A stretch of DNA of 64,000 nt from Heptranchias perlo (Eukaryota). Where the stretch lies: contig NC_090331.1 of NCBI RefSeq assembly GCF_035084215.1, forward strand, positions 65,472,001-65,536,000, read 5' to 3'. The notes under the pieces were generated by a model. The model was not told the DNA's origin. It searched no databases and saw only the letters and a list, made by a program, of their open reading frames with translations. Made by a program: the position numbers and the translations under genes. Positions 11,104 to 25,004 of the stretch are shown piece by piece; position 1 is the stretch's first letter; every line of letters begins with the position of its first letter.

Positions 11104-13553
11104 GCAAAGTAACCATTCAATATTTCTGCCATTTCGGTGTCATTACCTGTGAGTTTATCTTGTGCATCCCTTAGTGACCCTATCTCTATCCTGATTTTTC
11201 TTTTGTTATTTATGTGTCTGAGGAATACTTTACTCTTTCTTTTTATATTCCTTGATAATTTAATTTTGTAGTTCCTCTTTGCATTCCTAATTTTTTTTTG
11301 ACTTCTTTCCTAACCTCTTTGTATTTCCTTTTGTCATCCTTTCCTTTATTGTCCATATACTTCGTGTATGCCTTTTTCTTTACTTTCAATTTTACCCTTA
11401 ACTCTTTTATTAATGGCTATTTTGTTCTTGTTTGTTAGAGGAATACATTTCTCCTGAACTCTATTGATCACCTTTTTAAATAATTCCCACTGCTGTTCTA
11501 TCTCTTTGTCTGTCAACATTTTTTTTTCAGTTTACCTTCCCTAGTTCCATTCTTATCCCTCAAAATTACCTTTTTTCCAACCTATTACTTTGATCTTTGT
11601 CTTACTTACGTCTTTCTCAATCATTATTTTAAACCTTATTATGTTATGATCGCTATTACCTAGATGTTCCCCTACTCTTACTTCTCATATCTGCTCTGGT
11701 TCATTTCCCATTACTAGATCGAGTAGTGATTGCTCTCTTTTGGGCTTCTCACATACTGGGGAAGAAAGAAATCCTGTACACACTGTTAACATTTCACTCC
11801 CTTTCTGCCTTTCCCTACCTCTTCTTGCCATTTATGTGGGGGTAGTTGAAATCTCCTATGATGCTTATTTGATTTTTTTTTACTCATTTCATAGATTTGC
11901 GTACATATTTCTTCCTCCACTTCCCTTCCACTATTAGGTGGTCTGTAGAATATACCTATTAATGTGATCGATGCCTTCTTATCCTTTGTCTCAATCTATA
12001 TGGATTCTGTTTCTATCTTAATGTTACTTATGTCCCTTTTTTCTACTATAACTATGTTGTCTCTAATTAGTATAGCTACCACCACCCCCACTTCCTTCAC
12101 CATCCTTGCTAAATATGTTATATCCTGAAATATTTAATTGCCAGTCCTGTTCTTTATGTAGCCATGTTCTTACTACATCTGGCTCCTCGCTATGGATTAT
12201 TGCCTCCAGTTCCCCCATTGAGTTTTGGATGCTGTGCACATTGCTGTACATGCAATTTAATTTGTTTTGATAAATTGTTCACCTTACTTTATTTTTAACA
12301 GTCATTTTGTACTTATAGAACTGTAAACTGTATTTGTTGCCTGACCATTTATGGTACCCTTATTCCTTACCTTGGTCTGACTTTCACTCTCATTTCTTAT
12401 TTATTTTATCTTCAGACTTATGTTCTCTCCCCAGATCCCTCCCTTGTCTTATTAGTTTAAAGTTCTATTGACAGCCCTATTTATCCTTTCCGCTAGGTCC
12501 TGTTCCGGTTCAGGCAGATCCCGTCCTGGTGGTACAGCTCCTTCCTGTCCCAGGTGCCAGTGCCAATGTCCCATGAAATGAAACCCTTCCTTCCCACACC
12601 AGTCTTTCAGCCATGCATTCACGTTCCTGATCTGTCTATCCCTATGCCAATTAGCACCTAGCTTGGGTAGTAATCCTGAGATTACCACCCATGAGGTCCT
12701 ATTTTTTAATTTCATTCTTAGCTTCTGATATTCCCTTAACAGGACCTCCTCCTTTTTCTTCCCTATGTCATTGGTCCCAACATGGACCACAACAACTGGA
12801 TCTTCTCCCTCCCTTTCCAAGTTCCTCTCCAGTTTCTCTGAGATATCCTTCACCCTTGCATTAGATAGGCAACAAACCCTCCTGGACTCTTGGTCATGAC
12901 TGCAGAGGACACTATCTATTCCCCTAATTATGGAATCCACTATGACTACAACCTTTCTATTCTGCTCCTCTCCCACTTGGACTGCCTCCTGCTCCATGGT
13001 GCTATGGTTAGCATTCTGGCTGTCCACTCCACAGCCCACATGCTTATCCTCATAGGTAGCAAGTACATCGTACCTGTCGGATAGGACCAGTGTCTGTGGG
13101 ACCTCCTTCTTGACCTCCTCTTAGTTCCCCTTACCCCGCTGACTGGCAGTCACACTCTCCTCTTCCTGTACCTGTGCTTTCCTCTGAGGTGTGACTGTAC
13201 TCTGGAGAAAACTATCCAAAACTTCCTCCCCCTCCCTTATGTGTAGGAGTGTCTCTAACTCGCAGTCCAGCTCAAGGACTCTGAGCTGGAGTGACCCAAG
13301 GCAGATACATTTCCTGCAAATGTTGCAACCTGGGACAGTCGCGTTGGCCACAAACTCCCACCTATCACTATCCCAACACATAGCCTGCATGGCCATTTCT
13401 AGTTTTTCTTTCTTTCTTCATTTATTTGTTAGTAGTGATTTAATTCTAGAACTAATATAAACACTTAAGGTCTAGATTATATTTATTAGATGGATTTTAG
13501 CTTAATTTTAAATTAATTAGTAATTCATTTTTCTGAATATTTATTTATAGTTT
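11104..13553 (-). mobile_element. CR1 LINE 5' half (ORF1 plus APE endonuclease), lacking the RT and 3' end
   Basis: Minus strand: ORF1, then the ORF2 start (CMYSNVHSIQNSMGELE...WLHKEQDWQLNISGY). It ends at ...RHINNKRKIRIEIGSLRD...EMAEILNGYFA near 11104. Confidence 0.9.
12452..13396 (-). pseudogene. CR1 ORF1 remnant: degenerate zinc finger/leucine zipper plus SGNH (GDSL) esterase
   Basis: 13121..13396 has C..S...CRKC and LQLRVLELDCELETL. 12452..13039 has VVIVDSIIRG, VHVGTNDIG and ISGLLP. The ORF is broken between the two parts. Confidence 0.85.
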
Positions 13554-14992
13554 ATAGTTCCTTTAGATTGGAAAATTGCACATGTCACTCGGCTATTTAA
13601 AAAAGGTGAGTGAGGGAAACCAGGGAATTATAGACCAGTTAGCCTAACATTTGTTGTCAGGAAATTACTAGAGTCAATAATTAAGGATGACTGAACACCT
13701 TGAAAATTTTCAGCTGATCAGAGAGAGCCAGTAAATGGATGGGTAGGTCATGCCTGATGAACCTGATTGAATTTTTTGAAGAGGTGACTAAAGTATTGGT
13801 CAGGGAATGTCTACGGATGTTATTTATGTGGACTTCCAGATGGCATTCGATAAAGTCCCTCACAAGAGACTGTTGGCTAAAGTTGAAGCTCATGGAATTG
13901 AGGGCAAATTATTGACCTGGTTAGGAAATTGGCTGAGCGGCAGGAGACAGAGAGTAGGGATAATGGGCAGGTACTCAAATTGGCAGGATGTGATTAGTGG
14001 AGTCCCACAGGGACCTCAACTATTCACTGTATTTATTAATGACAAAGATGACGGGATAGAGAGCCACATATCCAAGTTTGCCAATGACACAAAGATAGGC
14101 AGTATTGTAAGCAGTGTAGATGGAAGCATAAAATTACTATCTCAGAGGAGAGATATAAATAGATTAAGTGAATGGGCAAAACTGTGGCAAATGGATTTCA
14201 GTGTAGGCAGGTGTGAGTCATCCACTTTGGACCGAAAAAGGATAGATCAGAGTACTTTCTAAATGGTGAAAAGCTCGAAACAGTGGAGGCCCAAAGAGAC
14301 TTAAGGGTCCATGCACATAGATCATTAAAATGTCATGGACAAGTACAGAAAATAATCAAAAAGGCTAACGGAATGCTGGCCTTTATATCAAGAGGTCTAA
14401 AATACAAGGGGGTAGAAGTTATGCTACACCTATACAAAGCCCTGGTTAGTCCACATCTGGATTACTGTGTTCAGTTCTGGGCACTGCACCTTAGGAAGGA
14501 TATATTGGCCTGGAGGGAGTGCAGCGCAGATTTACTAGAATGATACCTGGACTCCAAGGGTTAAATTACGAGGAACGATTACACAAACTCGATTGTATTC
14601 CCTGGAATTTAAAAGATTAAGGGGCGATTTGATCAAAGTTTTCAAGATATTAAGGGGAACTGATATGGTAGATAGGGAGAAACTATTTCCACTGGTTGGG
14701 GAGTCTAGGACTAGGGGACGTGGCCTAAAAATTAGAGCCAGGACTTTCAGGAGTGAAGTTAGGAAACACCTCTATACACAAAGGGTGGTAGAAGTTTGGA
14801 ACTCTCTTCCACAAATGGCAGTTGGTGCTAGCTCAATTGTTAATTTTAAATTTGAGATTGATAGATTTTTGTTAACCAAAGGTATTAAGGGATATGGGGA
14901 TATGGAATTAGGTCACAGATCAGCCATGATCTCATTGAATAGCAGAACAGGCTCGAGGGGCTAAATGGCCTACTCCTGTTCCTATGTTCCTA
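13554..14992 (+). mobile_element. CR1 LINE 3' part (frameshifted RT), same family as 7525-9309
   Basis: Begins ATAGTTCCTTTAGATTGGAAAATTGC (IVPLDWKIA). Broken RT ORFs at 13807, 14283 and 14593. Tail GGCCTACTCCTGTTCCTATGTTCCT. Confidence 0.95.
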
Positions 14993-15248
14993 CGTTATCG
15001 TTAAAATAGAGTGTGTATAGTAAATTAAACACTTAACTTAATTTCCTTGGGTTCCGCTGCTCACCGCTCTGCACTGACTATGACGCCACCTTTTGAGATC
15101 TTTCCTTGAGTTTGTTTTTAACTGCTGGGGTGGGCTGACACTGGGATCCTTTTAAAATGCTCTGGTTTCCCGCTTTTTTTAACTGCTAGGCTGGGGTGAC
15201 ACTGGGATCCTTTTAAAATGCTCTGGTTTTCAGTTCTTTTTAACTGCC
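14993..15248 (-). mobile_element. Probable CR1 5' UTR with a ~61-bp tandem duplication
   Basis: TTTTTAACTGCT...GACACTGGGATCCTTTTAAAATGCTCTGGTTT occurs twice (about 15115-15235). The CpG-containing segment grades into AT-rich sequence like 13400-13550. Confidence 0.5.
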
Positions 15249-17179
15249 TTATGCAAAATTGTGCATTGTGTAAAATTCACTGAGATTTGCTGTACCAGGA
15301 TAATGCTTCTTTCCCAGGTTGATTCCGTCTTGAGCTTTAGACTATGTTGCATCAAAAGCTTTTCTCCTACACAGCATACACAGGAGAATAGTCTTTCTTG
15401 AAGTGGTGCAGCTTAATTACCAGGTCAGAAAAACCCAATAAGATACAATCTATGAAATTTACTAAAAACTTTAACTGAATTTATTTATCAGTATTGATTT
15501 CCTCCCTTTTATTTGGTGAGTGCAGTTTTCATTTCACCAAATCCCTTGTGTCTTTGGCTAATCCACGGTCTGCTCTACACAGGTGGTAAAACTTTCATCG
15601 GGCACAGCAAAGTATAATTAGGGATGGACATGTACGTGTTCTCTCCTTGTTTGCTGTGCCGAGATCACAATTTTGTCGAGTTTCCTTTTACATAGACATC
15701 TGCGTGTGAGCATCTTCAGTGTTAAAGCAAAGCAAAAGATCGAGCCAATTTAACAACGGCAGCAAAAATAGATTCTGATCAGGTGAAATAATAAATGAAA
15801 AACAAGTAGTCTGTGTGGAGAATGTTCTTGGTGTAAATTAGAATAGGACAAGGTGTAGGACAGAGGCTGAGTGACAGTTATTAGGTAACAGATGAAAAGA
15901 GAAGATGGGCTTATGGCCAGTGAAGTCTTGAGGGATACATCTGGATGACAGGCAGGTCAGCAAGAGATGTAAGAACACACAAACTGGAAAATTAGAGAAG
16001 GAAAGAATAAAAAGATGGATCACAAGGTGATGGTTACATTCTACTGTTTGTCTTGAACTCAACTGTAAATCAGTGTTACTAAAAGTTGAATATCAAATGA
16101 CTGGAGGAAACAACAGCTGAGCTCTACAGCAAGCTAAATGTTGCTAGTAAGGAAATGCACTGAGGGAAATGAATCGTGTCATTGAAAACAGAGCAAAGTC
16201 TGCAGGCTTCTAAAAGATCTCACAATTGCATCTGAAGAACTTTTTTTACAGTATTTTTATTCTTTTCAACGTGGATTGAGAGCCATTTTTGGCCATTTTG
16301 AGTGACAAAGATCCCACCAGCAATACTAAGATCACCTATCCCCAAGGGGTGAAATTCTGTGACAGCATTTTATCTTTGGTTTGTGATTTTAATTAATAAT
16401 AACTTTAATTGTATTGCTACTTTATTGCGGAAACTGATTTGTTATATTTTGCTGCTCCGATGGAAATGTTTCTTATGGGCTGGTGGGCTGACACCTCACA
16501 ATGGAAAATATCTAGTTTACCAAAAATTATCCAATCAGATGCTTCATCGTTTGGCAGCTAAGTGTAGAAAGACAATCCCAGAAAGGCTACAGAAAACGTT
16601 ATAGTGGTGATTTCAAGGAAGCTTTTAGAACAATCTCCTCCCACAATATTCCTGCAGGGAGGGTGGAGATATTGTCTGCTTGGACTAAAAACGCAATATA
16701 AAGGTCAAACCATATGATAGGTGCAAACTGTAGGCAGGAATTAGTATTTTTGGAATACTGTTTTACCCGACAGTTCAAAAAACATTGTCAATTTAAAAGG
16801 TTGCACTTTTATTCTTACAAATGGACTCCAAAGATTCCATTATAGCTCACTGAAGGGTCAAACTCAATTCCATTGAAAATCAATAGACCTTTAACTTGCT
16901 GCACACCAATTATTTGCTGTTAGATATACTACAATAAAGAGATCCTGTAGACTGCTACAAGTGGCATTATAATGTTGCACAATGCTTTGATTTTTCACCT
17001 TGTGTTTAACACTGAAAAACATGTATTACATATAAAATCAGAAAGGTTATTTTAAAAATTAAATATACATCACTTCACACGTTGCTCAGATACATGAGTC
17101 TTGGGAGTTAAATATCATTGAGGTGCTATTATAATAATAGTCAACCACAGATCACAAGATAAATTGAGATAAAGATGGC

Positions 17180-17445
17180 CATTTTGCCCTTTTTGATTCA
17201 TCCATCCAGTAAGTGCCAGCAGTCACTCACTATAACATCCAATTGTTTCTTAAATAATTCCAGGGTTTCCCCTACCCAAAAGTCCAGTCCATGTATTGAT
17301 CACTCTTTGTATGAAAAAGAACTTGCTGATATCTGTTCTAAATTTGTGTTTTACTAGTTCGAACCTGTGTCCCATTGTCCTATCCAGCATGAAGTAATTT
17401 TCCAGATTTACCTTTAACGTTGTGTTTGCTACCTTACTAATCGCT
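17180..17445 (-). mobile_element. Old CR1 LINE 3' fragment
   Basis: ORF 17250..17486 reads RTMGHRFELVKHKFRTDISKFFFIQRVINTW, the CR1 ORF2 C-terminus. Confidence 0.75.
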
Positions 17446-17486
17446 CTCCCATGGAATTGCACATGGGGAGATAAGACCATATGCAA

Positions 17487-17965
17487 CCGGAGATTTTGAG
17501 GCCACCTGCCTGGCAGAAATGGAGCAGTAGCAACCCAAACCCATTGCTGCCGACGATGAGGATGACACTATATTCCCAAGGGCTTACTGCTGGGTGGCTG
17601 AACCACCTGCCTGAGTCAGGCGGTAGGCCATTTTAATATGCAAATCAGGATATCATGGCATACTTAGGACCCCGATTGCCATTTTAGGACTGAACTGGGC
17701 AGAACGTGGGTTTTGCCAAAGAGGAATCCAGAAGGTAAATTTATATCAATTTCCGTGGGATCAGAGGAGCAGGAGTGTTCCTCCGAGATCCGTAGAAACA
17801 ACCTTAGCTTCTGCCACTCCGAGTCCCCCCTCCTGAGAATGGTGCCCCCGCAGACCTACCTTTTTCTAGGCCCAAAAGTCGGCCTATCTGCCTGATATTG
17901 TGCTTGTTTTCCGCTCACAGCCCGCCGGCCATATGTTAACCAGGCCCGGCCCTCAAAATGGAGCA
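17487..17965. mobile_element. Harbinger-type MITE related to 4772-5323
   Basis: Inverted ends ATTTTGAGGCC / GGCCCTCAAAAT. The internal CATTTTAATATGCAAATC...GACCCCGATTGCCATTTT is shared with 4945-5000 and 26900-26960. Confidence 0.6.
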
Positions 17966-18279
17966 AGCCTCATGTCGGCACTACTGTATAAATTCTGTCC
18001 TTATTTTCATATCATATAATGCTTTGATTTGATATTATTCTTCATTGTTATATAGCAAAACATATGGCAATTATGAAGCAGAAAAGTAGAGTTGCTTGCA
18101 GCACAAGGATTTCTTTCCCATACAGACTAAAGAGCTGGGAGATGCAAACCTGAGGTGCTGCAGCACCGCCACTGGTAGTAGGGCATAATTATAGTGTAAT
18201 GAGTTTACATAGGGAGTGGGCATTGAAATTTTTATTGTGGAAGAATTTGAGACAGGAAGTGGGCATTGATGTAAGATTT

Positions 18280-20118
18280 TTAATATATTATAGATATTCC
18301 CCAATAAAATCACTTCCCAGTTGCCTTTTCTCAAGGCAAAGTTTTTCAGTCTTTCCTCATAACTCAGATCTTCAACACTTGGGATCAATCTCTTGGCTCT
18401 TTTTTGAACTGCCTCCAGCACTTAAGTATCTTCCTTGTGACTTAGTGATCAGATCTGAACATAGTATTCAAGGTGTAGTCTGACCAGAGCACTATAAAAT
18501 TTGAGTATTATTTCCTTTGACTTGCATCGGACTATTTTGACTGTACAGTTCAGCATTCAATTTGCTTTGCTACTTGGTGCTCTGCATTGATTGGACATGT
18601 TGAGCATTGAGTCTACTAAAACTCCTAGGTCACTTCAACTTCATCCTTAGCTATTTTAACACCTTTCATAGAGTACATATGTGAGCCGTTTTTCTTTCCT
18701 ATGTTTGCATTAAATTTCATCTCCCACTGTTCTGCTCACTTACATATTTTGTCCAACTCAGTTTGTCTTTTCCGAGCTGCCTTATCATAGGAACATAGGG
18801 ATATAGGAACAGGAGTAGGCCATTCAGCCCCTTGAGCCTGTTTCACCATTCAATGAGATCATGGGTGGTCTACATCCTAACTCCATCCACCCGCCTTGGT
18901 TCCATATTCCTTAATACGCTTGGCTTGCAAAAATCTATCAGAAACATTTACCCCTCCCAGTTTGGTATCGTCTACAAATTTGACCATATTGCATTGAATT
19001 TCTGAACACAAACTGGAAACACTAGTGGTGTTAACACCGAGCTCTGGGGCACTGCACTCAGTACTTCCCCGTGCCGACATAACGCCTCTTAAAAGTACCT
19101 TCTGTTTTCTACTCTTTGGTTAATTTCTTATCCATTCCAGCGATTTACCCTGATTCCTTACAGCTATGAGTTTAACTAATAGCATTTTGCGGTGTGAAAC
19201 TTTGTCAAATGCCTTTAGGAAATCTAAGTACACCACGTCATAGGGCTTTCCACAGTCCACTTGGTGTGTCATTTTCTTAGAAAAAAACAAGCCAGTTAAC
19301 CAGTCTTTTGCAGTCCACCTCACAGTCAAACATCCTACTCTTATATCATCAGCAAATTTCAAGATTATGTTCCCCATATCCAAGTATAAATCATCTATAT
19401 ATACTGAGAACAAAAGTGGACCCAGCCCTGACCCCTGGAGTGTATCATTTCCAACCCTTTGCCAGTCCCAGTAACACCCATTTACCCTAACTTGTTGCTT
19501 CCCATCTGTCAATCAACCATCCTGCTACATTTCCTCTTACACCATTCCCTTTATCCATCCAATAAGTCACTTCTTCAAAAGACTCTATTCAGCTATGAAA
19601 CATGACTTGCCGTTAACAAATCCATGTTAACGCCTTGATTACCCCATGTATTTCTAAATGCTTACTAATTTTATCTCAAATTATAGAAGCTGTGAGTTCT
19701 ATAACTCAACTGACGTTCGACTAACTGGCCTATAGTTACCTGATTTACCCTGTCATCAGGATAAATCTTACATATTTAAGGAAAATTGACAAATTGTGGC
19801 CAGCATTTCCGCTATGTGTCCCCTCTGATTTCTTGCAACAAACTAGGATGCGTACTATCAGGGCCTGGTGACTTATCCACTTTTAAGCTCCGCTAAATCT
19901 TTTGAGGACTAGGTCCTTTTCTACAGTCAGCTCTTTCAATTGTTCCATATTCTCCTCTAGTGCATCTATGTTCTTACTTCCACCGTCATTTGTAAAAATT
20001 GATGTGAAATATTTGTTTAGCATCTCTGCCATACTTTCATCCTTTACAAGCAGACTTCCTCCTTCATCCTTGAGTGGTCGTACTCTCTCTTTAACTATTC
20101 TTTTACGTTTGGGGTGGT
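18280..20118 (-). mobile_element. Patchwork of old CR1 ORF2 fragments, with a younger CR1 tail at about 18787-18940
   Basis: LEAVQKRAKRLIP, VKFVDDTKLGG, YLDFLKAFDKVSH and LKFADD occur out of order, so at least two elements are present. CATAGGAACATAGG...GGCCATTCAGCCC is a tail. Confidence 0.8.
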
Positions 20119-20119
20119 A

Positions 20120-20445
20120 GTGTTAGCGAATGATTTTATCACAGCACTAGAACATCAAGAAGTCCTAGGGGGTTGTATCAGGTCAGAATCCCTATGGATA
20201 AAGTTAAGAAATAGGAAGGAAATGGTACAATTCTTGGTGTGCATTACAGGCCATCAATCAGTGGAGATGAAATAGAGGGAGAGATTTGTAGCCAGCTCAG
20301 AGAGATATGAAAGAAAAAACATGGCATTAATACTAGGTGATTTTCACTATCCTAAGATAGACTGGAATAAAAGTAATGTATGTGGTCAAAGTGGAGAACA
20401 CCATTTAGAAGACATCTAGATCGACTTCCTAGATCCGTATCTTTA
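20120..20445 (+). mobile_element. CR1 APE endonuclease fragment
   Basis: Decayed translation ESLWIKLRNR...ILGVHYRPS...ILGDFHYPKIDW. Confidence 0.7.
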
Positions 20446-20781
20446 ACAATTTTATTTTATTCCAGAGATGGTAGTATATTTTTAAAAGTCTGTTTTGTTT
20501 AGGTTGAGTTCCTGAGTGAAGGATCAAATGACCTGTGGTATGAACATTTTCAAATGGAACCTACTTTTCTCTGCAGTTTAAAGAAATCCTACTCCAACCA
20601 TAACATTTCTTTTAAAAGTAGTTATGCTTTTATCAGGATTTATCTGAACTGCGTAACCTTTCCTCAGTTCATGCTGTGCATGGAGCCAGCAGCTCTGCTC
20701 CTCTCTGAGAACGCCATTGACTTTGGGAGTTGAAGAATGCTTGCAGACAGGACCTTTTCAATTTGACTTGTAAAACTTGTT

Positions 20782-22367
20782 GGGGGTTAAATTCAAGAAG
20801 GCCTGAAACCGGCCGTGGGGGTCATGGTGCACGATTAACCCACGCCCAGTTGTTCCGATGCAGGCAGCATGAGAGATTCGTGCTGCCTGCTCATTTATCT
20901 GACTGTAGCGCAGCAGCCAAGCCTAGCTGTGGTGTTCAGTGTTCTCACCTGCGGAGGGGCCCAGCTATCGTGTGAGTTGCTCGCACCTCTTAAAGGTAGC
21001 CTGCACCTCTTATTTGCAAAAATGAGACTCCGCATGGAGTCTGAACGGAGATCAGATATCGCACATGTGAAAGACAGAGGCAGGTCCCGTTCCTATGTTT
21101 ACAAACTGTTGAGTTATGTTAAAACATTGAATAAAGGTTGCGCACTACTAAATCCCACATCCTCCAATCTGCATGCCAGACCTCACCAATATGCCAATCT
21201 GAGTTTATACCAGACCTGCGAGAGACCATGCACCAAGGTTCTCAGCTGATGCACTAGAGGCCTTTGTGCAAGAGGTGGACAGAAGGAGGGGCATCCTATA
21301 TCCACGGGGGGGGCAAGAGGTTCTCCAGACATATGCGCAAGAGGCAGTGGGAGGCAGTAGGGGACGCAGTCAATGCCAGGCGCATAGCACTACGAACTTG
21401 GATGCAGTGCAGGAAGAAGTTCATTGCTTTGACACGAGTGCTCAAGGTGAGTGAGGTCAACTGTCAAGTGGCATCTCCCACCAACTGCACCACTAGCCGC
21501 ATTGACTACTCCCCCATCACCCACATACCAACAAACCTTTTCAATCAGTACTCAACTCTTCCAATCAGATGCTTCCTCTCACCCTCACACATTACCACTG
21601 TTGCAAGCCGCACACCCACAACTCACAGGTCACATGCACTGGCATCTATTCAACCACGACAGGCATATCACCCAAACATCCTGCATGCCACCCACTGACA
21701 CATGTCCCGCTTTCTTGCAGGAGAAGGCGGTGCATAAAAGGAGGCAGCAAGTGGCAGTGGCATTTAGCCCCTCGAGCCTTGTTCTGCCATTCAATGAGAT
21801 GATGGTTGATCTGTGACCTAATTCCATATACCTGCCTTAGCCCCATATCCCTTAATACCCTTGGTTAACAAAAATCTATCAATCTTAGATTTAAAATTCA
21901 CAATTGAACTAGCATCAACTGTAATTTGCAGAAGAGTGTTCCAAATTTCTCCCACCCTTTGTGTGTAGAAGCATTTCCTAACTTCACTCCTGCAAATCCT
22001 GGCTCTAAATTTTAGGCTACGTCCCCTAGTCCTAGTGTTCCAGCATAGGAAACCTCCAAAAACAGGTCCTTTAAATAGTGCTGGTGGGGGTCCTCCTGGC
22101 TATCTAAGACATGTTCAGCTGTTTATGGTTAAGGCAATGCGTTGGCTGGAGCGTTGAGTGCCAAAATGGTGTCAATCCCTTTAAATCAGCATTGCACACT
22201 GATCTAACGCAGATTCTCCTTACTTTACATGGTACTGGTGTTCGTTATCTGCGTGTGTGCAAACGCCTTTATCAAGATGGCGTCCGGCACAAGTCACCCC
22301 ATTCTGGGATCGTAGGAGTTGGCATAGTGCCTGAAAAACAGGCGCTACATGGCCGAATTTCTAGCCC
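20782..22367 (+). mobile_element. Internally deleted PIF/Harbinger element with Myb/SANT ORF2 exon 1, intron and start of exon 2
   Basis: Ends GGGGTTAAATTC / GAATTTCTAGCCC. About 21230-21446 reads PRFSADALEAFVQEVDRRRGILY...QWEAVGDAVNA...RTWMQCRKKF..LTRVLK|GTGAGT. Acceptor CTTGCAG|GAGAAG at 21720. Confidence 0.8.
21757..22037 (-). mobile_element. CR1 3' fragment inside the Harbinger remnant
   Basis: Closely resembles the reverse complement of about 14705-14970. Confidence 0.85.
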
Positions 22368-25004
22368 ATTATTTCTCAGTTTCCCTACATAAATACATAG
22401 TAATGAAGCAGAGCAGATTGCCACCTATATTAAGATCAGAAGGGCCCTCTTGCTTACATCCTGTTGAGAATGGTGCTCTCCCCACCTCATTGACCCACTA
22501 GTAATAAAACTGACACACTAGTCGCCGTTGTAGTAACAGGCCTTGTTCTGTTACCATCCTAATTACTATACTGTTAAAGAAATCAGTAAAAACAATAGAG
22601 ATAAGCGCATCAAGGTGATAGCATAGACATTGAACTGCGGAACATAGAACAGCCCTGACTGTTTTCAAAGAACTGATTTGGATGAATAACAGGGAAAGAG
22701 AGTCTGACCGAGCCCTTTTATTTTAGTTGTCTAGTTGTAATGAAGAGAACATTAAGGGATCATTGTAAAAATTTAGAGGAGAAATACATTTTAGCTACAG
22801 GATTAGGTTGTAGGAACGTGGTTCAGAGAAATGTGAGGATAGTCACACAAAGGATATTAGATATTAAAAGATCTAAATAATAAGACAGCACAGACAATCA
22901 TGCAGGATGCAATATCCTGTGTGAATTCAGAACTAGGTCAAATATACTGATATGGTCTACACCAAAGAGAAAATGAAAAGTCTGAGCTATGCACCAAGAG
23001 GGCAAGGATTAGAACTTTGTTGTTAGCACATGTTGTTGAAAAATATGTCATATTTTATTTGGTGCCCAGTCATAAATTACAGTTGCAACAGAGTACTGCT
23101 TGTTCTGTTTATAATCGGATATGTTTAAATTGCAGAACCATTTCTAGTGGGCAGAATTCGGAACACTGGTGGTGACACACAAACAACGACACATGGGCAA
23201 GATTGTGCGAACAGTTAAATTCACAACTCAGGCTGTAGGCCTTCCCTGATGCACAAACCATGCTGCTGACTGGTACAGGCAATGCTGAGAGTTCAACCTG
23301 TGCACAGCTAGAATAAAATAGTAGCTTCTTATGTTTGCTGCTGATACTTTGTCTCCAGTGATTTGGAGGACACTGCTTCAGGCGATAATCATGCAGAATG
23401 CACTAGTACCGGAGCTGTATTACACAGGCTAGCCTGGGGTCTGGCTGAGTCCAGTGGCAGTACTGTAGTACAAGTAGGACTGAATGGTCATATAGTTGTA
23501 TATATACTTTACAGGATAGATTTTACACATTCATACTAGGCAGAAAATCGTGTGGGACCCGCTGTCCAAATTCCTGTTATGTGCACTTATTCTGCACCAG
23601 GAGTGCAAGTTCATAAAATCAGCATTAGTATGGATTTAGCCATTTATTTATTTTGACATTTTCACAAGTCCAAATGGTTCTGTTTTCTTAACATCCTAAA
23701 AGCATGCTTGCGAACAATAGACTGAAATATACGACCGTATATCAACAATGCTTTCTAGTTTCCATTTATGCCACCCTTGGGTACTTCTCCCAGTGTCTTT
23801 TCATACACCTTGGATATTTTCAAGAACTGTGATGACCTTTCCCGCTAGTGTAAGTGCTAGATAAAAGCAACAGCTAAATGGAAGTGCAAGGCCTTAATGT
23901 AAGAGCCATAAATAATTTATTATATTCTGTCAGAATTGGTCATTGATAAAATTATCTCAACTTGTTTTGCTTACTTTATGCGTTTCTTTGTCACATTTTT
24001 CTTCCATGTTGTTTGTTCCACCACCTGCCCCATTTAACTGTTCCAGACATCATTTAACGTAACCTGTTTGTTACTAATTTAGGTTTTTACTCCAAATATT
24101 TTTCTTGGTCTCAGCACCTCAGATCTTGGAAGTGAGCCCCATTATCCTTTTGAACTGGAGTGTGCCTCTACCTGCTCAATATCTATATTGTTTGTAGTGA
24201 GCCCAGGGATTGAACAGAAAAGCCTTGTCAATGTATTTTGGCTACTCGTTATATAACAGGCCCTCACATAATCTTTCTCAGCTTTGGAAGGCAGTAGAAG
24301 AAACTAATTTACCAAACAATGAAAGGTAGCCACTGAAAAATTGTAATTTATAGTGTATACAGGCTCAATTATCCCATATTGGATGACAGACAACAACAAA
24401 TAGTTTTGTTTGCTGGACTAAACTGTAATGCAAACTGAACTTGACACTAGGTCCCTAAAAATTGTGTGGCAGTTCACTGCTGACCTTCCATGGAGCTTTT
24501 CTGGCTACCTATATCTCTTTGATGGTTTCAGATGGTCTAATCAATTGGAATAAGATTGGCTGAGATATACTTCACAAAATTTGACCAGCACAAAGGCAAT
24601 TTAAATATGTATCCCTTAAGTTCAAATAGAGCTGTCGATCAAACATATAATCCTGCAAAACCTACAAGATGCTTATACTCGAATTGAATGGCTTCAGATA
24701 TCTGTTGTAGACATAACAGAGCCTATTTTCTTCCATCTTTGCCCCAGTTTGAGTTGGGTAATACACTGCTGTACTGTACCTGATTGAAGCACAGATGCGC
24801 CTGGATGAATTTTTGGTTTCAGCTCATTTGTATGCTGGGCCTTCATCTCTGCTGGGGGATGCCCCACAAAATGTCGTGAAATGCAAAAGGGGCAGAGACA
24901 CTCCAATTTCCTTTGCCTAATGCTCCAGAACCAGATATTATGGGGCATTATGCAAAGGAAAATTGGCACTGGCATTTGTTGGGGAACTAGAACTATTGGA
25001 GGTA

